Shown here one piece after another: positions 9,887 through 18,543 of a stretch of 64,000 nt of DNA. Origin of the DNA: a virus; IMG/VR virus record IMGVR_UViG_3300002835_000070, positions 1 through 64,000 of that record; one strand, given 5' to 3'. Position numbers and translations under genes: made by a program. Numbering within the stretch: the stretch's first letter is position 1; each line of letters opens with the position of its first letter. Under the pieces are notes generated by a model that worked only from the letters and a program-made list of their open reading frames with translations, searched no databases and had not been told where the DNA came from.

Positions 9887-10660
9887 ATGTACAAAGAATT
9901 AAAAGAAACGGGTATTTGTTTTTTAAGAAAAAACATTGAAGATGATTTAATAGAAGATTTAAGAAATGCAGTTAGTATATCTTTTGTGAAACACAGGGAA
10001 ATACAACTTGCTCTAAATAATGAAATTAATTCAGACGGAGTTGCTTTGAATGTTTTTAATGATGATTTTGCATACGTTAAATTGTTAGAAAAAATTATGG
10101 ATTTAGGTATAATTAAAGATTTGGAAACTAATTTTTTTAAAAGCAAGTTTATACTAAATTCTATGAGTGCTTTAGACAATAAACCTAATAGCCCTAATTT
10201 TTCAGCAATTGTACATAGGGATATAAAATTCTTTTCAAAAGACTTGCCTATTATGTTAAACGCATTAGTTTTGCTTGACGATTTTACTATTGAAAACGGT
10301 GCTACAATGCTATTGCCTAATTCACATAAAGTAGAAGAAAAACCAACCGATAAGTCTTTTATAAAAGAATGTGTTAGGGCGATAGGAAAAAAAGGCGATA
10401 TTCTTTTGTTTAACTCAAATATTTGGCATTGTTCAGCACCAAACAACACCAATGAGAGCCGTAGAGCAATACCTATGACATTTTCTAAATCTTGTATGAA
10501 GCAAATGTTTGATTACACTAAAAGCATTGAAACTGAATGTATGTATAATTTTTCAGACGAAATGAAGCAATTATTAGGATTTGATTCAAGAGTTCCGTCA
10601 TCATTGTACGAATGGTATTTACCTGCTGAAAAAAGATTTTATAAAAAAAACCAAGATTAA
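9887..10660 (+). CDS. PhyH-family Fe(II)/2-oxoglutarate dioxygenase
   Basis: HRD...LDDFTIENGATMLLPNSH...GDILLFNSNIWH...RR. Confidence 0.9.
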   Translation: MYKELKETGICFLRKNIEDDLIEDLRNAVSISFVKHREIQLALNNEINSDGVALNVFNDDFAYVKLLEKIMDLGIIKDLETNFFKSKFILNSMSALDNKPNSPNFSAIVHRDIKFFSKDLPIMLNALVLLDDFTIENGATMLLPNSHKVEEKPTDKSFIKECVRAIGKKGDILLFNSNIWHCSAPNNTNESRRAIPMTFSKSCMKQMFDYTKSIETECMYNFSDEMKQLLGFDSRVPSSLYEWYLPAEKRFYKKNQD

Positions 10661-10679
10661 CAATAAACTAAATAACAAT

Positions 10680-10874
10680 ATGATATTAACGATAGATTTT
10701 GAAAATAAAGATTTGCCAAAAACATCATTCAAAGCATTTAAAGAAATGTTTGAAATTCTGTCCCCAAAAACTTCATTTGAATACAAGAACTATAACCTTG
10801 TAGATGATTCAACAGAAGTTTTTGCAGGAACTCAATTTCTGTTAAAAAGAATGGCAGATAGTTTAGAAAAATGA
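10680..10874 (+). CDS. Hypothetical protein
   Basis: ATG at 10680 after an A-rich leader; stop overlaps the next start. Confidence 0.5.
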   Translation: MILTIDFENKDLPKTSFKAFKEMFEILSPKTSFEYKNYNLVDDSTEVFAGTQFLLKRMADSLEK

Positions 10875-11374
10875 TTATTCAGCAATTAGAACATAAAAAA
10901 GTAAGACCCTGCAAAGATTATCAATTGCGGGTTTTATTTCTTGACCCAAAGCCAATTTACGATAGGATTAAAGTTGACCATTTCAAAAGAATACAGAGTG
11001 TTCCAATTGGCGATATTTTTCCTATAAGTGGTAATATTTGCGGTTGTGGTTGTGGTGCTGAAGTAACAGGAAGAAGAAGACGTTGGGCTACGGATAGTTG
11101 TAAATATTTTGCTCAAGCAGTTTGGGCTATTATAAATGGTCATTCAGAAACAATTTCGAGTTATTTGCATTTATATCACGGGGTAATAGCTTGTATTGAA
11201 TGTGGTATTACAGACGTATATACAGAGTATGCTAACGGACTTTGCGTAAATTCAATACACAAAGACCATATTTTACCTGTTTTTAAGGGCGGAGGAGGTT
11301 GTTGGTTGTCAAACTATCAATATCTTTGCGACACCTGTCATAAACAAAAAACAAAAACTGATTTAAAAAAATAA
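10871..11374 (+). CDS. HNH endonuclease
   Basis: CIECG...DHILPVFKGGG...NYQYLCDTCHKQKT. Confidence 0.85.
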   Translation: MIIQQLEHKKVRPCKDYQLRVLFLDPKPIYDRIKVDHFKRIQSVPIGDIFPISGNICGCGCGAEVTGRRRRWATDSCKYFAQAVWAIINGHSETISSYLHLYHGVIACIECGITDVYTEYANGLCVNSIHKDHILPVFKGGGGCWLSNYQYLCDTCHKQKTKTDLKK

Positions 11375-11379
11375 AAAAA

Positions 11380-12027
11380 ATGAATTTAAAACCAACACAA
11401 AAATCATTAGATATAGTAGCATTAATCGCTACTAATGTATCGACATTCCACCACCATTATCACATACTTTTTGATATTGCTGAAACCTTTGGAGATAAGA
11501 AAATTAATTATGTGGAAATAGGGGCTTATGCAGGTGGAAGTTCTTGTCTGATGTTACAAAGATTAAATACCACAATCGTCAGTATTGACTTGGGCGAACC
11601 TATACCAAAAGGCGTAGTTTTTGAGAATGTAATTAATTATAAAAATAATAATAATTATTATAAATATATTCAAGGTAATTCGCAAATTATTGAAACTAAA
11701 AACGAAGTAATTGGAGCGTTAAGCAATTCAAGAGTTTTGGGTTATAGTAATAAAATTGATTTGTTGTTTATTGATGGCGACCACTCTTTAAATGGTGTAC
11801 TTGCTGACTTCAATATGTATAGCGATTTAGTTGCTATTGGCGGGTATATTGTGTTTGACGATTATTACGATGACGTTCATAGTCCTGACGTTAAAAAAGC
11901 ATTGGATGAAATTATATTGCCTAATCTTGTAGATTACGAAATTATAGGTACTTTGGAGAACTCTTTAGGGGCATACCCAAGCGAACTTAAAGACGGTAAC
12001 TGTTTTATAATTAAAAAGGTTAAATAA
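11380..12027 (+). CDS. Class I SAM-dependent methyltransferase (Methyltransf_24-like)
   Basis: VEIGAYAGGS, DLLFIDGDH, GGYIVFDDY. Confidence 0.9.
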   Translation: MNLKPTQKSLDIVALIATNVSTFHHHYHILFDIAETFGDKKINYVEIGAYAGGSSCLMLQRLNTTIVSIDLGEPIPKGVVFENVINYKNNNNYYKYIQGNSQIIETKNEVIGALSNSRVLGYSNKIDLLFIDGDHSLNGVLADFNMYSDLVAIGGYIVFDDYYDDVHSPDVKKALDEIILPNLVDYEIIGTLENSLGAYPSELKDGNCFIIKKVK

Positions 12028-12734
12028 TGACTTTAGGAATTACATTACATACATATCAAAGGGCTGACGGTCAAACACCTCATCTTCTTTCAAGGACAAT
12101 TCAAAGTATCGTAAATCAGTCGTACCAAAATTTTAAGATTTTCATAGTTGGGGATAAATATGAAGATAACCAAGAGTTTGAGGATGTGATTAATGGATTT
12201 GTTGAAATTGCAGACAAAATTTTTTACGAGAACTTGCATTTTGCTCACGAGCGAGATAAATACTTGGGCGTAAATAATTCTGCTCTTTGGAATTGCGGTG
12301 GCGCAAATGCGTTAAACCACGCTAACAACTTGGCTAAAGCACACGGTATAACGAAAGTTTGCCATATAGACCACGATGATATTTGGCTTCCAAACCATTT
12401 AGAGTTAATTGCTAAAGCGATTGTAGAGAAAAACAACCCTGCCTTTATCCATACTTTAAGTCAATACATACATAATCCTGTATTTCCTCAAATGGTAGTT
12501 GACGGACAGGTAATAGAGTATTATCCCGCCTACTGTTGTTTGATTCATAGTTCAGTTTATATGGATTTGGAACAGTTACATTTGCCTTACAGAGATATGT
12601 GGGCTGAAGAGGGTCGGTATTTTCCAAGTGACGGAGATTTGTGGGAAAGGATTAGAGAAAAATGTACCGCAGAAAATTTAAAATGCTATGTTATCAGACA
12701 GGTAACTTGCATACACGAAAACGAAAACTATTAA
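12027..12734 (+). CDS. Glycosyltransferase family 2-like
   Basis: TYQR...SIVNQSYQNF, HIDHDDIWLPNHL, DGDLW. Confidence 0.85.
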   Translation: MTLGITLHTYQRADGQTPHLLSRTIQSIVNQSYQNFKIFIVGDKYEDNQEFEDVINGFVEIADKIFYENLHFAHERDKYLGVNNSALWNCGGANALNHANNLAKAHGITKVCHIDHDDIWLPNHLELIAKAIVEKNNPAFIHTLSQYIHNPVFPQMVVDGQVIEYYPAYCCLIHSSVYMDLEQLHLPYRDMWAEEGRYFPSDGDLWERIREKCTAENLKCYVIRQVTCIHENENY

Positions 12735-12745
12735 AAACAAAAACT

Positions 12746-13141
12746 ATGAAACTATATTTTGCAATTTACCTTTTAGGGTCTGTCGTTTCGCTTGTAATGA
12801 CGTTAATTACTTTATTTTTAAGCAAGACTGCTTCTGACGAACTTATGGATATAGCCAACGATAAAATATCCGAAAGTTTCAATCACTATGAGAGAATGAA
12901 TTTTGTAAATCCGAATACTTACTGCGCAGTAAACTTTTTAATGTCTTGGTTTCAAGTGGCGATGTTTCTTTATTCTTATTTGCCGAGTAGATTTTACATA
13001 AAAATAAATTTTTATAGATTTATTTCAGCGATTTTTATTTGGATTCATACTAAAACAGGAGCGATAGCACACGCAGTCGTTAATAAGCATAACGATACTA
13101 TAAGAGATTATAACACAAAGCACGGAATTAAAAACGAATAA
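12746..13141 (+). CDS. Membrane protein
   Basis: N-terminal hydrophobic helix and further hydrophobic segments; ATG at 12746. Confidence 0.6.
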   Translation: MKLYFAIYLLGSVVSLVMTLITLFLSKTASDELMDIANDKISESFNHYERMNFVNPNTYCAVNFLMSWFQVAMFLYSYLPSRFYIKINFYRFISAIFIWIHTKTGAIAHAVVNKHNDTIRDYNTKHGIKNE

Positions 13142-13158
13142 ATAAAATAGAATATAAA

Positions 13159-13332
13159 ATGGAAAGAATGTTTACTGACACAGGTTTTGAGGTTACTCAA
13201 TTAGTTGGAAATAAAAAAACAAAATTTGTTGAAACGAGAGAAGAAGCAAAAAAACTTACAGAAAGGGCAGGGTATTTTTATACAGTGCTTGATGCAAAGA
13301 AAAATATAATCGGGTTCGGAATACCTAAATAA
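13159..13332 (+). CDS. Small hypothetical protein (57 aa, absent from the ORF track)
   Basis: MERMFTDTG...GFGIPK fills the gap between neighbouring genes. Confidence 0.55.
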   Translation: MERMFTDTGFEVTQLVGNKKTKFVETREEAKKLTERAGYFYTVLDAKKNIIGFGIPK

Positions 13333-13348
13333 TAATTAATTAAAAAAA

Positions 13349-13675
13349 ATGGAAAAAACACACACGCTTATTTATGGATGTTCTGACGATATAGTAGAAA
13401 TTGACGGTCAGATTCAAGCAGAATACAACAATTACACACTTGCTTCAAGAGGTATTCCTTTTGAGTGTTCAGACGAAACTAAAGGTATAATTACCTATGA
13501 TGGAGATTGGTTAATCACAGTAGAGAAAGAGGGAAGCCTGTTTCAGGAATTAAGACCAAATGTAGGGGACGTTGGCAAACACAAAGATTTAGCTTTCAAA
13601 TGTACTTCGTATAGCGATGTGCTGATTTTGAAAGATGGAATTTTATGGGTAAAAATAAATGGTAGGAAAGTTTAA
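13349..13675 (+). CDS. Hypothetical phage protein
   Basis: IYGCSDDIVEIDG...YSD motif, common in phage proteins. Confidence 0.65.
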   Translation: MEKTHTLIYGCSDDIVEIDGQIQAEYNNYTLASRGIPFECSDETKGIITYDGDWLITVEKEGSLFQELRPNVGDVGKHKDLAFKCTSYSDVLILKDGILWVKINGRKV

Positions 13676-13680
13676 ATGCC

Positions 13681-13688
13681 TATATTTG
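13681..13688 (+). promoter_or_regulatory. Bacteroidota -7 promoter element
   Basis: TATATTTG 30 nt upstream of 13719. Confidence 0.6.
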
Positions 13689-13718
13689 TAATCAAGAAAT
13701 TTTTAAATAACAACAAAA

Positions 13719-13979
13719 ATGGAAACAACTTTCAAAAAAGTAGAGGCTAAATTCAAGTTCTCTAAAGATTGGACAGACATAACCGAGAAAACACAATTGG
13801 TTACTGTTGACCTAATTATTAATTATCACAACAAAACTTTTAGCGTTACTCCTAACAACCAAGTTTCGGGAAAATTCACGTTCTGTCAAGGAGGTGCTAA
13901 TTCTGCTATTATGTGGAACACAGTATTGGAAACAATCAAAGAAGCAACATATTTCGCTCATAAAGAGTTGGAATTTTAA
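13719..13979 (+). CDS. Hypothetical protein
   Basis: ORF downstream of a promoter. Confidence 0.6.
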   Translation: METTFKKVEAKFKFSKDWTDITEKTQLVTVDLIINYHNKTFSVTPNNQVSGKFTFCQGGANSAIMWNTVLETIKEATYFAHKELEF

Positions 13980-14223
13980 CAACAACATTTATTAATCACT
14001 AAAACAAAAGATTATGAGTGAAACTATTCACACAGTACCCGAATTAAAGGTGCTTCAAATTGCAATAGTTTGTCATCAGGCAAACAAAGCGTGGTGCGAT
14101 GCACACGGAGATACAACTCAAAAAAATTGGGACGAAGCAGAGGGTTGGCAACGTCAAAGCGCAATTACAGGAGTTCTTTTTAGAATTGGTAATCCTGAAG
14201 CGGGACACGATGCGCAACACAAC

Positions 14224-14450
14224 GGTAAACCGCTATGAGTAGTGGCGGATTTGGAACTACTCACTTTAAATTTAGCAATAATGTCAAAAGAAAAAACAAA
14301 ACTTCAAGAACCAACTATCCCGCCATTACTTATAGCGGATGTTAACATATCGGTTTGCGAACACAATAATTTAATAATAAAAAAGAAAACGGTAAAATGT
14401 CCGCATTGTGGCAAAATATGGAAAGTTGTCTAAGCAAACTGGATGCTAAC
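14224..14450 (+). mobile_element. Small attC-like/cassette-like insertion carrying a 50-aa ORF
   Basis: AAC at both junctions; two inverted-repeat pairs (14230-14249/14319-14338 and 14341-14358/14434-14450). Confidence 0.75.
14281..14433 (+). CDS. Insertion-borne mini-protein with CxH...CPHC
   Basis: MSKEKTKLQEPTIPPLLIADVNISVCEH...CPHCGKIWKVV; stop abuts the terminal inverted repeat. Confidence 0.55.
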   Translation: MSKEKTKLQEPTIPPLLIADVNISVCEHNNLIIKKKTVKCPHCGKIWKVV

Positions 14451-14647
14451 GCTTGGTTGGAAGACAAGAAAAAAGACGGTTGGGTTTATGGAGAGGTTAA
14501 AGATGCCGAAGCCAAAACACACCCTTGTATAGTGCATTTCGAGGAACTGCCTGAATTTCAAAAGAAAAAAGACGCTCTTTTCTGCGCAATTGTTGATTCA
14601 TTATCAGCTAATAAAATGCTAACAATAACAAAATTAAAATAAATAAA

Positions 14648-15112
14648 ATGGAAAATAGAACTGCACAACCTATGATAATAACGGTTGAAAATAAAACTGA
14701 AAAAGAAATGCAAGATGTTATTTTGTTTGGCGCATCAAATATATTTAATAATTTATTATCCAAAAAAGATAATTTAATTGAGGGTTTAGAAATAAAATCA
14801 TTTATACCCAATGTTGAATATAGTGACATAATTTTAAAAACAATAACCAATACTCTTCATATTCAAAATATAGGTTTTAAAATTAATAATAGACCCGATG
14901 AATTTGATTTATTTATAAAAACGAAAGATATTAATGGCAATGTTGCTCAAATGAACGCACAATTAAATTCAGATTTAAAAAAAGAAGACGGACAAGCAAA
15001 AGGATATGATTTTTATACGGAAAGAAAATTTAGAATAGATGCTTTTACTGAATTAATAATACCTAAAATACTTGCAAAAACTAAAATAACTATTTACATT
15101 TATTACATATAA
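14648..15112 (+). CDS. Paralogue of the candidate major capsid domain
   Basis: QPMIITVEN...LFG...IPNVEY...TKDINGNVAQ...FRIDAFTELII aligns with 59233-59928. Confidence 0.8.
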   Translation: MENRTAQPMIITVENKTEKEMQDVILFGASNIFNNLLSKKDNLIEGLEIKSFIPNVEYSDIILKTITNTLHIQNIGFKINNRPDEFDLFIKTKDINGNVAQMNAQLNSDLKKEDGQAKGYDFYTERKFRIDAFTELIIPKILAKTKITIYIYYI

Positions 15113-15113
15113 A

Positions 15114-16388
15114 ATGGCTACAAAACCACAAAAATTAAAAAACCTATTATTCTTCGGAGATTTTGGCTGTACAACAGGATTCGCAAACGTTTCTAAAGAA
15201 TTAATTGAAAATTGGGCTAAAGACAAAAACCTAAAAATAGTTGTTTTCGCAATTAACGACTATGGCAAAGAGCCTTACGATTACTTGCCAAACGTAAAAG
15301 TAATACCTGCAATGTCGTCTGTACTTGCTGACGAACCAAAAGATGATGTGTATTGCAGATTACAGTTTTTACGACTTTTAATGCACAACGACTTCGATGT
15401 TGTGTTTTGTTTGAACGATATTGAAATTTTCAATGAAATGGGCGAACATTTAAGAAACGTAAAAAACGAAAAGAGAAAACAGAACAAACCGAGTTTTAAA
15501 TCTATGGTTTACTTCCCAATTGATAGTGAGCCAAGACCTGTTGACTTGAAAATATTGGATTTCTTTGAAGAAGCTATCACTTATACCGAATACGCTAAAA
15601 GCGTACTAACTCCTTTGACTACTCCGTCAAACGCTAAAAAAATTAAGGTAATTCCTCACGGTTGCAATACTAAAGAATTTTACCCGCTTTCTGAAGAAGA
15701 AAAATTAAAAGCAAAATTAGAAATAGTTGGAGAGGGTAATGAAGAAACTTTCTTATTTGGAACTGTCAATAGAAATTCAGCAAGAAAAGACTTGGGTAGT
15801 TTGGTTTTAGGATTTTCTACATTCAAGCGTAATTCAGAAGCAAATGCCGTGCTTTACTTACATTGTAATCCATTAGACCCATCAGGTATAAATATTCACA
15901 GATTATGTGAGCGTTTAGGTTTAAGAGTAGGGGTTGATATTATATTTCCAAAATCACATAGCGAAAACAAAGGTTGTGATAATGCAGAATTGAATAGAAT
16001 TTATAATGCTTTAGATTGCTTTGTTACAACAACTACCGCAGAGGGATGGGGTTTAACCGTTACGGAAGCAATGGCGACCAAAACTTTAGTAGTTTGTCCG
16101 CAACATACTTCTTTGACAGAAATTACAGAAGCAGGAAACAATACAATTTCTTTTATGTTCAATCAGGCAAATGTTTTTGTAAACGACTTTGAAAAAATAC
16201 GTTTCACAACAAATCCTCACGAAGTAACCAATTTACTTGGGATAGTTTACAATCTAAAACACGATGAGGAAGAAGTACAAATAATTGCTCAAGAGAAAGT
16301 AGAACGTGCTTACGAAAAGGTAAAAGGTTTGAAATGGGAAAATGTAGCAAAAGAGTTTAAATTAAAAATAGACAAATTAGCAAAATAA
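15114..16388 (+). CDS. Glycosyltransferase family 4 (GT-B)
   Basis: TGFANVS, IPHG, VNRNSARKD, EGWGLTVTEAMA (EX7E). Confidence 0.9.
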   Translation: MATKPQKLKNLLFFGDFGCTTGFANVSKELIENWAKDKNLKIVVFAINDYGKEPYDYLPNVKVIPAMSSVLADEPKDDVYCRLQFLRLLMHNDFDVVFCLNDIEIFNEMGEHLRNVKNEKRKQNKPSFKSMVYFPIDSEPRPVDLKILDFFEEAITYTEYAKSVLTPLTTPSNAKKIKVIPHGCNTKEFYPLSEEEKLKAKLEIVGEGNEETFLFGTVNRNSARKDLGSLVLGFSTFKRNSEANAVLYLHCNPLDPSGINIHRLCERLGLRVGVDIIFPKSHSENKGCDNAELNRIYNALDCFVTTTTAEGWGLTVTEAMATKTLVVCPQHTSLTEITEAGNNTISFMFNQANVFVNDFEKIRFTTNPHEVTNLLGIVYNLKHDEEEVQIIAQEKVERAYEKVKGLKWENVAKEFKLKIDKLAK

Positions 16389-16489
16389 AAAAAAACCTGC
16401 GTTAATGGCAAGTAGGGAAACTTCGTGAAAAATTGTACATAAAGTAGCGAAGTTTCAAGGGCTGAATTTAATAACTAATTCAAAAGAAA

Positions 16490-16714
16490 ATGAGCAAGAA
16501 ATTAAAAAGTTTAGTTGAGCATAACTCGATGAGTACAACATTTCATTTAGGAATGTTAAGTCCGAAACCTACTCCTAATGGAATTGCTTGTCCTAAATGC
16601 GGGGAAGAGTTACTTGATACCAAGCCAAATGAAACATTGGCTTCTATGCCACCACAAAAAAATGTTGGGTGTTCAAGTAAAAAATGTGATTATACAGGTT
16701 ATAGAGTAATTTAA
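16490..16714 (+). CDS. Zn-ribbon hypothetical protein
   Basis: CPKCG...CSSKKC. Confidence 0.6.
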   Translation: MSKKLKSLVEHNSMSTTFHLGMLSPKPTPNGIACPKCGEELLDTKPNETLASMPPQKNVGCSSKKCDYTGYRVI

Positions 16715-16728
16715 TAAAAAACAAAAAT

Positions 16729-17013
16729 CCGATTGCAAGGTTAATTGCTACAATTATTATGGAAAATACATTTTTAGACAGGCTTAAAGTTGAAAAAAAT
16801 GAATTACTTGAAAAGGTAACTAAATTGGCAATGTTTTTAAATTCAGACAAAGTAGATAGCTTGTCTGATGCTAATGAATTACTTCTTAAACAACAGTTGG
16901 AAGCAATGAATACCTATTTGAACATTCTAATTATTAGAGTTGAATTATTAGAAAAATAAAATAAACCAAGAACCCGATTGCAAGGTTAAGTGCTACAATC
17001 ATTATGGAAAATA
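16729..17013 (+). repeat. Duplicated 40-bp leader (16729-16768 and 16974-17013)
   Basis: CCGATTGCAAGGTTAA(T/G)TGCTACAAT(T/C)ATTATGGAAAATA, 38/40 identical, each including a start codon. Confidence 0.9.
16759..16959 (+). CDS. crAss001_48-like helical hairpin protein
   Basis: FLDRLKVEKNEL..K..KL..FL...LLKQQLEAMNTYLNIL..R. Confidence 0.75.
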   Translation: MENTFLDRLKVEKNELLEKVTKLAMFLNSDKVDSLSDANELLLKQQLEAMNTYLNILIIRVELLEK

Positions 17014-17213
17014 TGACATTAGGACAAAGAAGAGTTCAAAGAAACTTTAATCCAACTGCTAATCCGCAGGTTGAAGAATTAAAAGAAAGTTATGCTCAAA
17101 TTATTGATAAACTTGAAAGTTTGAGAAACGAAAAAAACGGTAGAGAAATTTCAATTGCTCAAACTGAAGCCGAAACATCTTGTATGTATGCGGTTAAAAG
17201 TTTGTTTGTTTAA
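17004..17213 (+). CDS. Acb2/Tad1-like helical hairpin (possible signalling-nucleotide sponge)
   Basis: GQRRV..NFNP...REISIAQTEAETSCMYAVKS resembles the Acb2-type R-x-S-x-A-x-T-x-x-E...M-W-A-V-K tail. Confidence 0.55.
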   Translation: MENMTLGQRRVQRNFNPTANPQVEELKESYAQIIDKLESLRNEKNGREISIAQTEAETSCMYAVKSLFV

Positions 17214-17224
17214 TCCAAAGAACT

Positions 17225-18418
17225 ATGAGCGCAACTAAAGAAAAATCACAGGGCAAAATTAAAATTAAATACAGAAAACCAATGCAACAAAGTTTTTTAA
17301 ATAAATTTTCCTGCAAATTACTAAACGCATTTTTATTCTTTATTCCTCCTTTTTTTAAGAAGAAAAAAAAATACGTTGATGTAAGCAAACAACAAGGGCT
17401 ACCCTATATTGTTAGTGTTGAAAATACTACTACAAAAGCAGTTCACAATGTAGAATTGTTTGGTTCTTACGATATTTTAAGTAGAGATGTTTTTGATAAT
17501 TACGGGAACTATGTTAGTCGTGGATTGAAAATAACTTCTAACGTTCCTAACGTAAGTTATAAAGACATACTTCACGCATTTGCTTTTATGAAATTCAGGG
17601 TTGGTTTAACTTACATTATGACGGTTAATCAAAAACAAATTTTCCACCCATTAAAAGTTCTTAAAAAAATGATTAGTGGAGATTTAAGCGAGAAAGTGTT
17701 GATAGTAACTAAAGACCCTTATCAGCAACAAATGAACATAGTTGCGGTAAAATCTGATTATGAGATTGACGGATTTACAAGTGTAATTATTCCAACATTA
17801 GAACCAAAAACAACTGCTAATTATTATTTCTACCCTGAACCTTTAGCTTTTGAAGAGGTTAAAAAAGAGAATTTCGCATTTAGGTTTTTCAAATCCATTT
17901 CCGACTATTTTAAGAAAAAAGAAGTCGTTAAACGTGCAAGTTTACCATTCACTATCGAAATTGCTAACTATACAGACGAAGTAAAGAAAGACGTTTCGTT
18001 GTTTGGGTCTTTTTCTAAAATAAGCCCGAATGAAGACAGTTATTTTAACAAAAGCAATAGTCTTGTTTGTAATGATGTTTTGATTAGTTCTTTAACACCT
18101 AATATCTCTTACGCAGAAATTCTTTATTATATTACGAATAACCCTGTTGGTATTGGGTTGAATTATATAAGAAGTTTAGAGGGCGATAAAAGTCAAATTA
18201 CGGCAGAATTTAAAATCAGAACAAAAGATGCCACAGGAAATGTAGCGCAGAGAACTATTGTTCCTGTAATTGACCCTTATCAGCAACAATCTGACGTTAT
18301 TAGTAATAATCAAAAATTTACTATTGACGGATTTACTGAATTTATAATTAGTGAACTCCAACCAAAAACTACCGTTGTTTATCAGTTTTATCCTGAAGAA
18401 GAGGTTGTGAAGAAATAA
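17225..18418 (+). CDS. Protein with two tandem copies of the candidate capsid domain
   Basis: Both halves contain LFGS, VGLTYI/IGLNYI, DPYQQQ, IDGFT and FYPE, matching 59233-59928. Confidence 0.88.
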   Translation: MSATKEKSQGKIKIKYRKPMQQSFLNKFSCKLLNAFLFFIPPFFKKKKKYVDVSKQQGLPYIVSVENTTTKAVHNVELFGSYDILSRDVFDNYGNYVSRGLKITSNVPNVSYKDILHAFAFMKFRVGLTYIMTVNQKQIFHPLKVLKKMISGDLSEKVLIVTKDPYQQQMNIVAVKSDYEIDGFTSVIIPTLEPKTTANYYFYPEPLAFEEVKKENFAFRFFKSISDYFKKKEVVKRASLPFTIEIANYTDEVKKDVSLFGSFSKISPNEDSYFNKSNSLVCNDVLISSLTPNISYAEILYYITNNPVGIGLNYIRSLEGDKSQITAEFKIRTKDATGNVAQRTIVPVIDPYQQQSDVISNNQKFTIDGFTEFIISELQPKTTVVYQFYPEEEVVKK

Positions 18419-18423
18419 ATTAC

Positions 18424-18530
18424 TACATTTGTCAGGTAGTTGCCACTCGACAAAAAGTAACTTAAAAATTTTATGCTCTTACAATGAAGAACGAGGTCGA
18501 GTGCGTTTGGATTTGTAGGAGCATTTTTTG
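18424..18530 (+). promoter_or_regulatory. Promoter plus structured leader of the NUMOD4-HNH gene
   Basis: TACATTTG; crossing stems 18444-18451/18496-18503 and 18473-18483/18514-18524, then a T tract. Confidence 0.6.
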
Positions 18531-18543
18531 TAAAAAAAATATT

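Larger units (their letters stand above)
14014..14642 (+). pseudogene. RyR-domain phage protein, split by a 227-bp insertion
   Basis: Joining 14014-14223 to 14451-14642 gives an in-frame 133-aa protein: CHQANKAWC...HDAQHN|AWLEDKKKDGWVYG..KD...KTHPCIV..ELP. Confidence 0.85.

Noticed and set aside
9730-10452. 240-aa minus-strand ORF and other short antisense ORFs in the track
   Set aside because: They shadow well-supported plus-strand genes and have no recognisable motifs.
14224-14450. Group I or group II intron
   Set aside because: No recognisable P7 core, terminal G or domain V; the paired-end AAC/GTT layout fits a DNA cassette better, although splicing is not excluded.
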